DNA of 16,692 nucleotides from a plasmid: sequence record NZ_CP146747.1; one strand, 5' to 3'. Shown piece by piece: positions 16,387 to 16,692 of this stretch (position 1 is its first letter; each line of letters starts with the position of its first letter). The notes under the pieces were generated by a model. It saw only the letters and a program-made list of their open reading frames with translations, ran no database searches and was not told where the DNA came from. The position numbers and the translations under genes were made by a program.

Positions 16387-16522
16387 TTCTTTTTGTATGA
16401 CAAAAAGAAAGATCTTTTGCCCATTTTATTTTTATAAAATGGGTAGGTGGCGTTTGCCTAAAGCAAATCGACACAATCCAAAGGGGATAAAAGGGGAAAG
16501 TTAAACTTCCCCCTTTTCAAGC

Positions 16523-16585
16523 CACATTGTAATACAAGAACGAAGTGCTTTGTATTACAATGTGATAGCTTGCAGTATTTATGGT
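16523..16585 (+). other. Candidate lactococcal-type oriT: 15-bp perfect inverted repeat (cacattgtaatacaa 16523-16537 / ttgtattacaatgtg 16550-16564, 12-bp spacer) followed by ATAGCTTGCAGTATTTATGG
   Basis: IR seen directly. The GCTTGCA core resembles the pC221-type nick region (GCTTG/CCAAA). From memory, IR + CTTGCAGTATTT is conserved at oriT of lactococcal mobilisable plasmids, located upstream of mob genes. Confidence 0.5.
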
Positions 16586-16670
16586 TTTATATTTTCTATT
16601 TTGTTGTGAGGATTGTAACCGAATAGGGCGCAATCCTTATTACAAAATCAATGACAAAGGGCGATTGAGG

Positions 16671-16692
16671 AATGAGCGCTGAGGCATTTTAT
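16671..16692 (+). CDS. Possible 5' end of a gene (MSAEAFY...) running off the window, preceded by GAGGA. It would be the first mob gene downstream of oriT if real.
   Basis: Only 7 codons are visible, so this is speculative. Confidence 0.15.

Noticed and set aside
16417-16452. Possible promoter (TTGCCC ... TATAAAAT) upstream of the second oriT
   Set aside because: The spacer between the hexamers is only about 10 bp, so it is not a credible sigma-A promoter as it stands.
16193-16474. Minus-strand ORFs of 93 and 72 aa in the terminator-rich intergenic region
   Set aside because: Translations are low complexity (K/R/F runs from poly-A/T tracts) and span two hairpin terminators, so they are most likely non-coding.

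Overview
This window reads as a low-GC Gram-positive (Lactococcus-type) theta-replicating plasmid segment built from several modules.

- **Replicon and upstream oriT.** A Rep_3-family replicon runs from about 640 to 2108: an AT-rich box, 3.5 x 22-bp iterons, an inverted-repeat operator, and repB. Upstream of it is an orphan RSF1010/pIP501-like oriT motif.
- **repB operon.** repB is followed in one tightly coupled operon by a small polytopic membrane protein, an HTH/coiled-coil (OrfX-like) protein, and a half-size type I R-M specificity gene (hsdS), ending at a strong terminator.
- **Accessory genes.** These are a membrane protein plus a short tyrosine recombinase, and an AraC-HTH/GyrI-like regulator.
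- **IS and surface-protein debris.** An IS3-family orfA remnant is fused to the C-terminal fragment of an LPQTxE-type (Lactobacillus plantarum-style) cell-wall-anchored protein.
- **Pilus operon (7617-15348).** This is the centrepiece: a sortase-dependent pilus cluster.
  - It begins with a 1218-aa vWA tip-adhesin ORF that carries two complete sorting signals. An internal LPSTG-TM-RNRRLRHHQ is followed directly by a signal-peptide-like segment and a basal-pilin-like domain ending in LPDTG, so it is an apparent tip+basal pilin polyprotein.
  - Next come a major pilin (YPKN pilin motif, E-box, LPSTG) and a hairpin attenuator.
  - Last are two overlapping class C sortases, each with an unusual ~100-120 aa extension after the C-terminal membrane anchor.
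  - The organisation matches, from memory, the spaCB-spaA-srtC1-srtC2 cluster reported on L. lactis NCDO712 plasmid pSH74.
- **Downstream.** A 5'-truncated ISS1/IS6-family element abuts a remnant duplicate of the recombinase 3' end. Two terminators follow, then a second, lactococcal-type oriT (15-bp inverted repeat plus GCTTGCAGTATTT).
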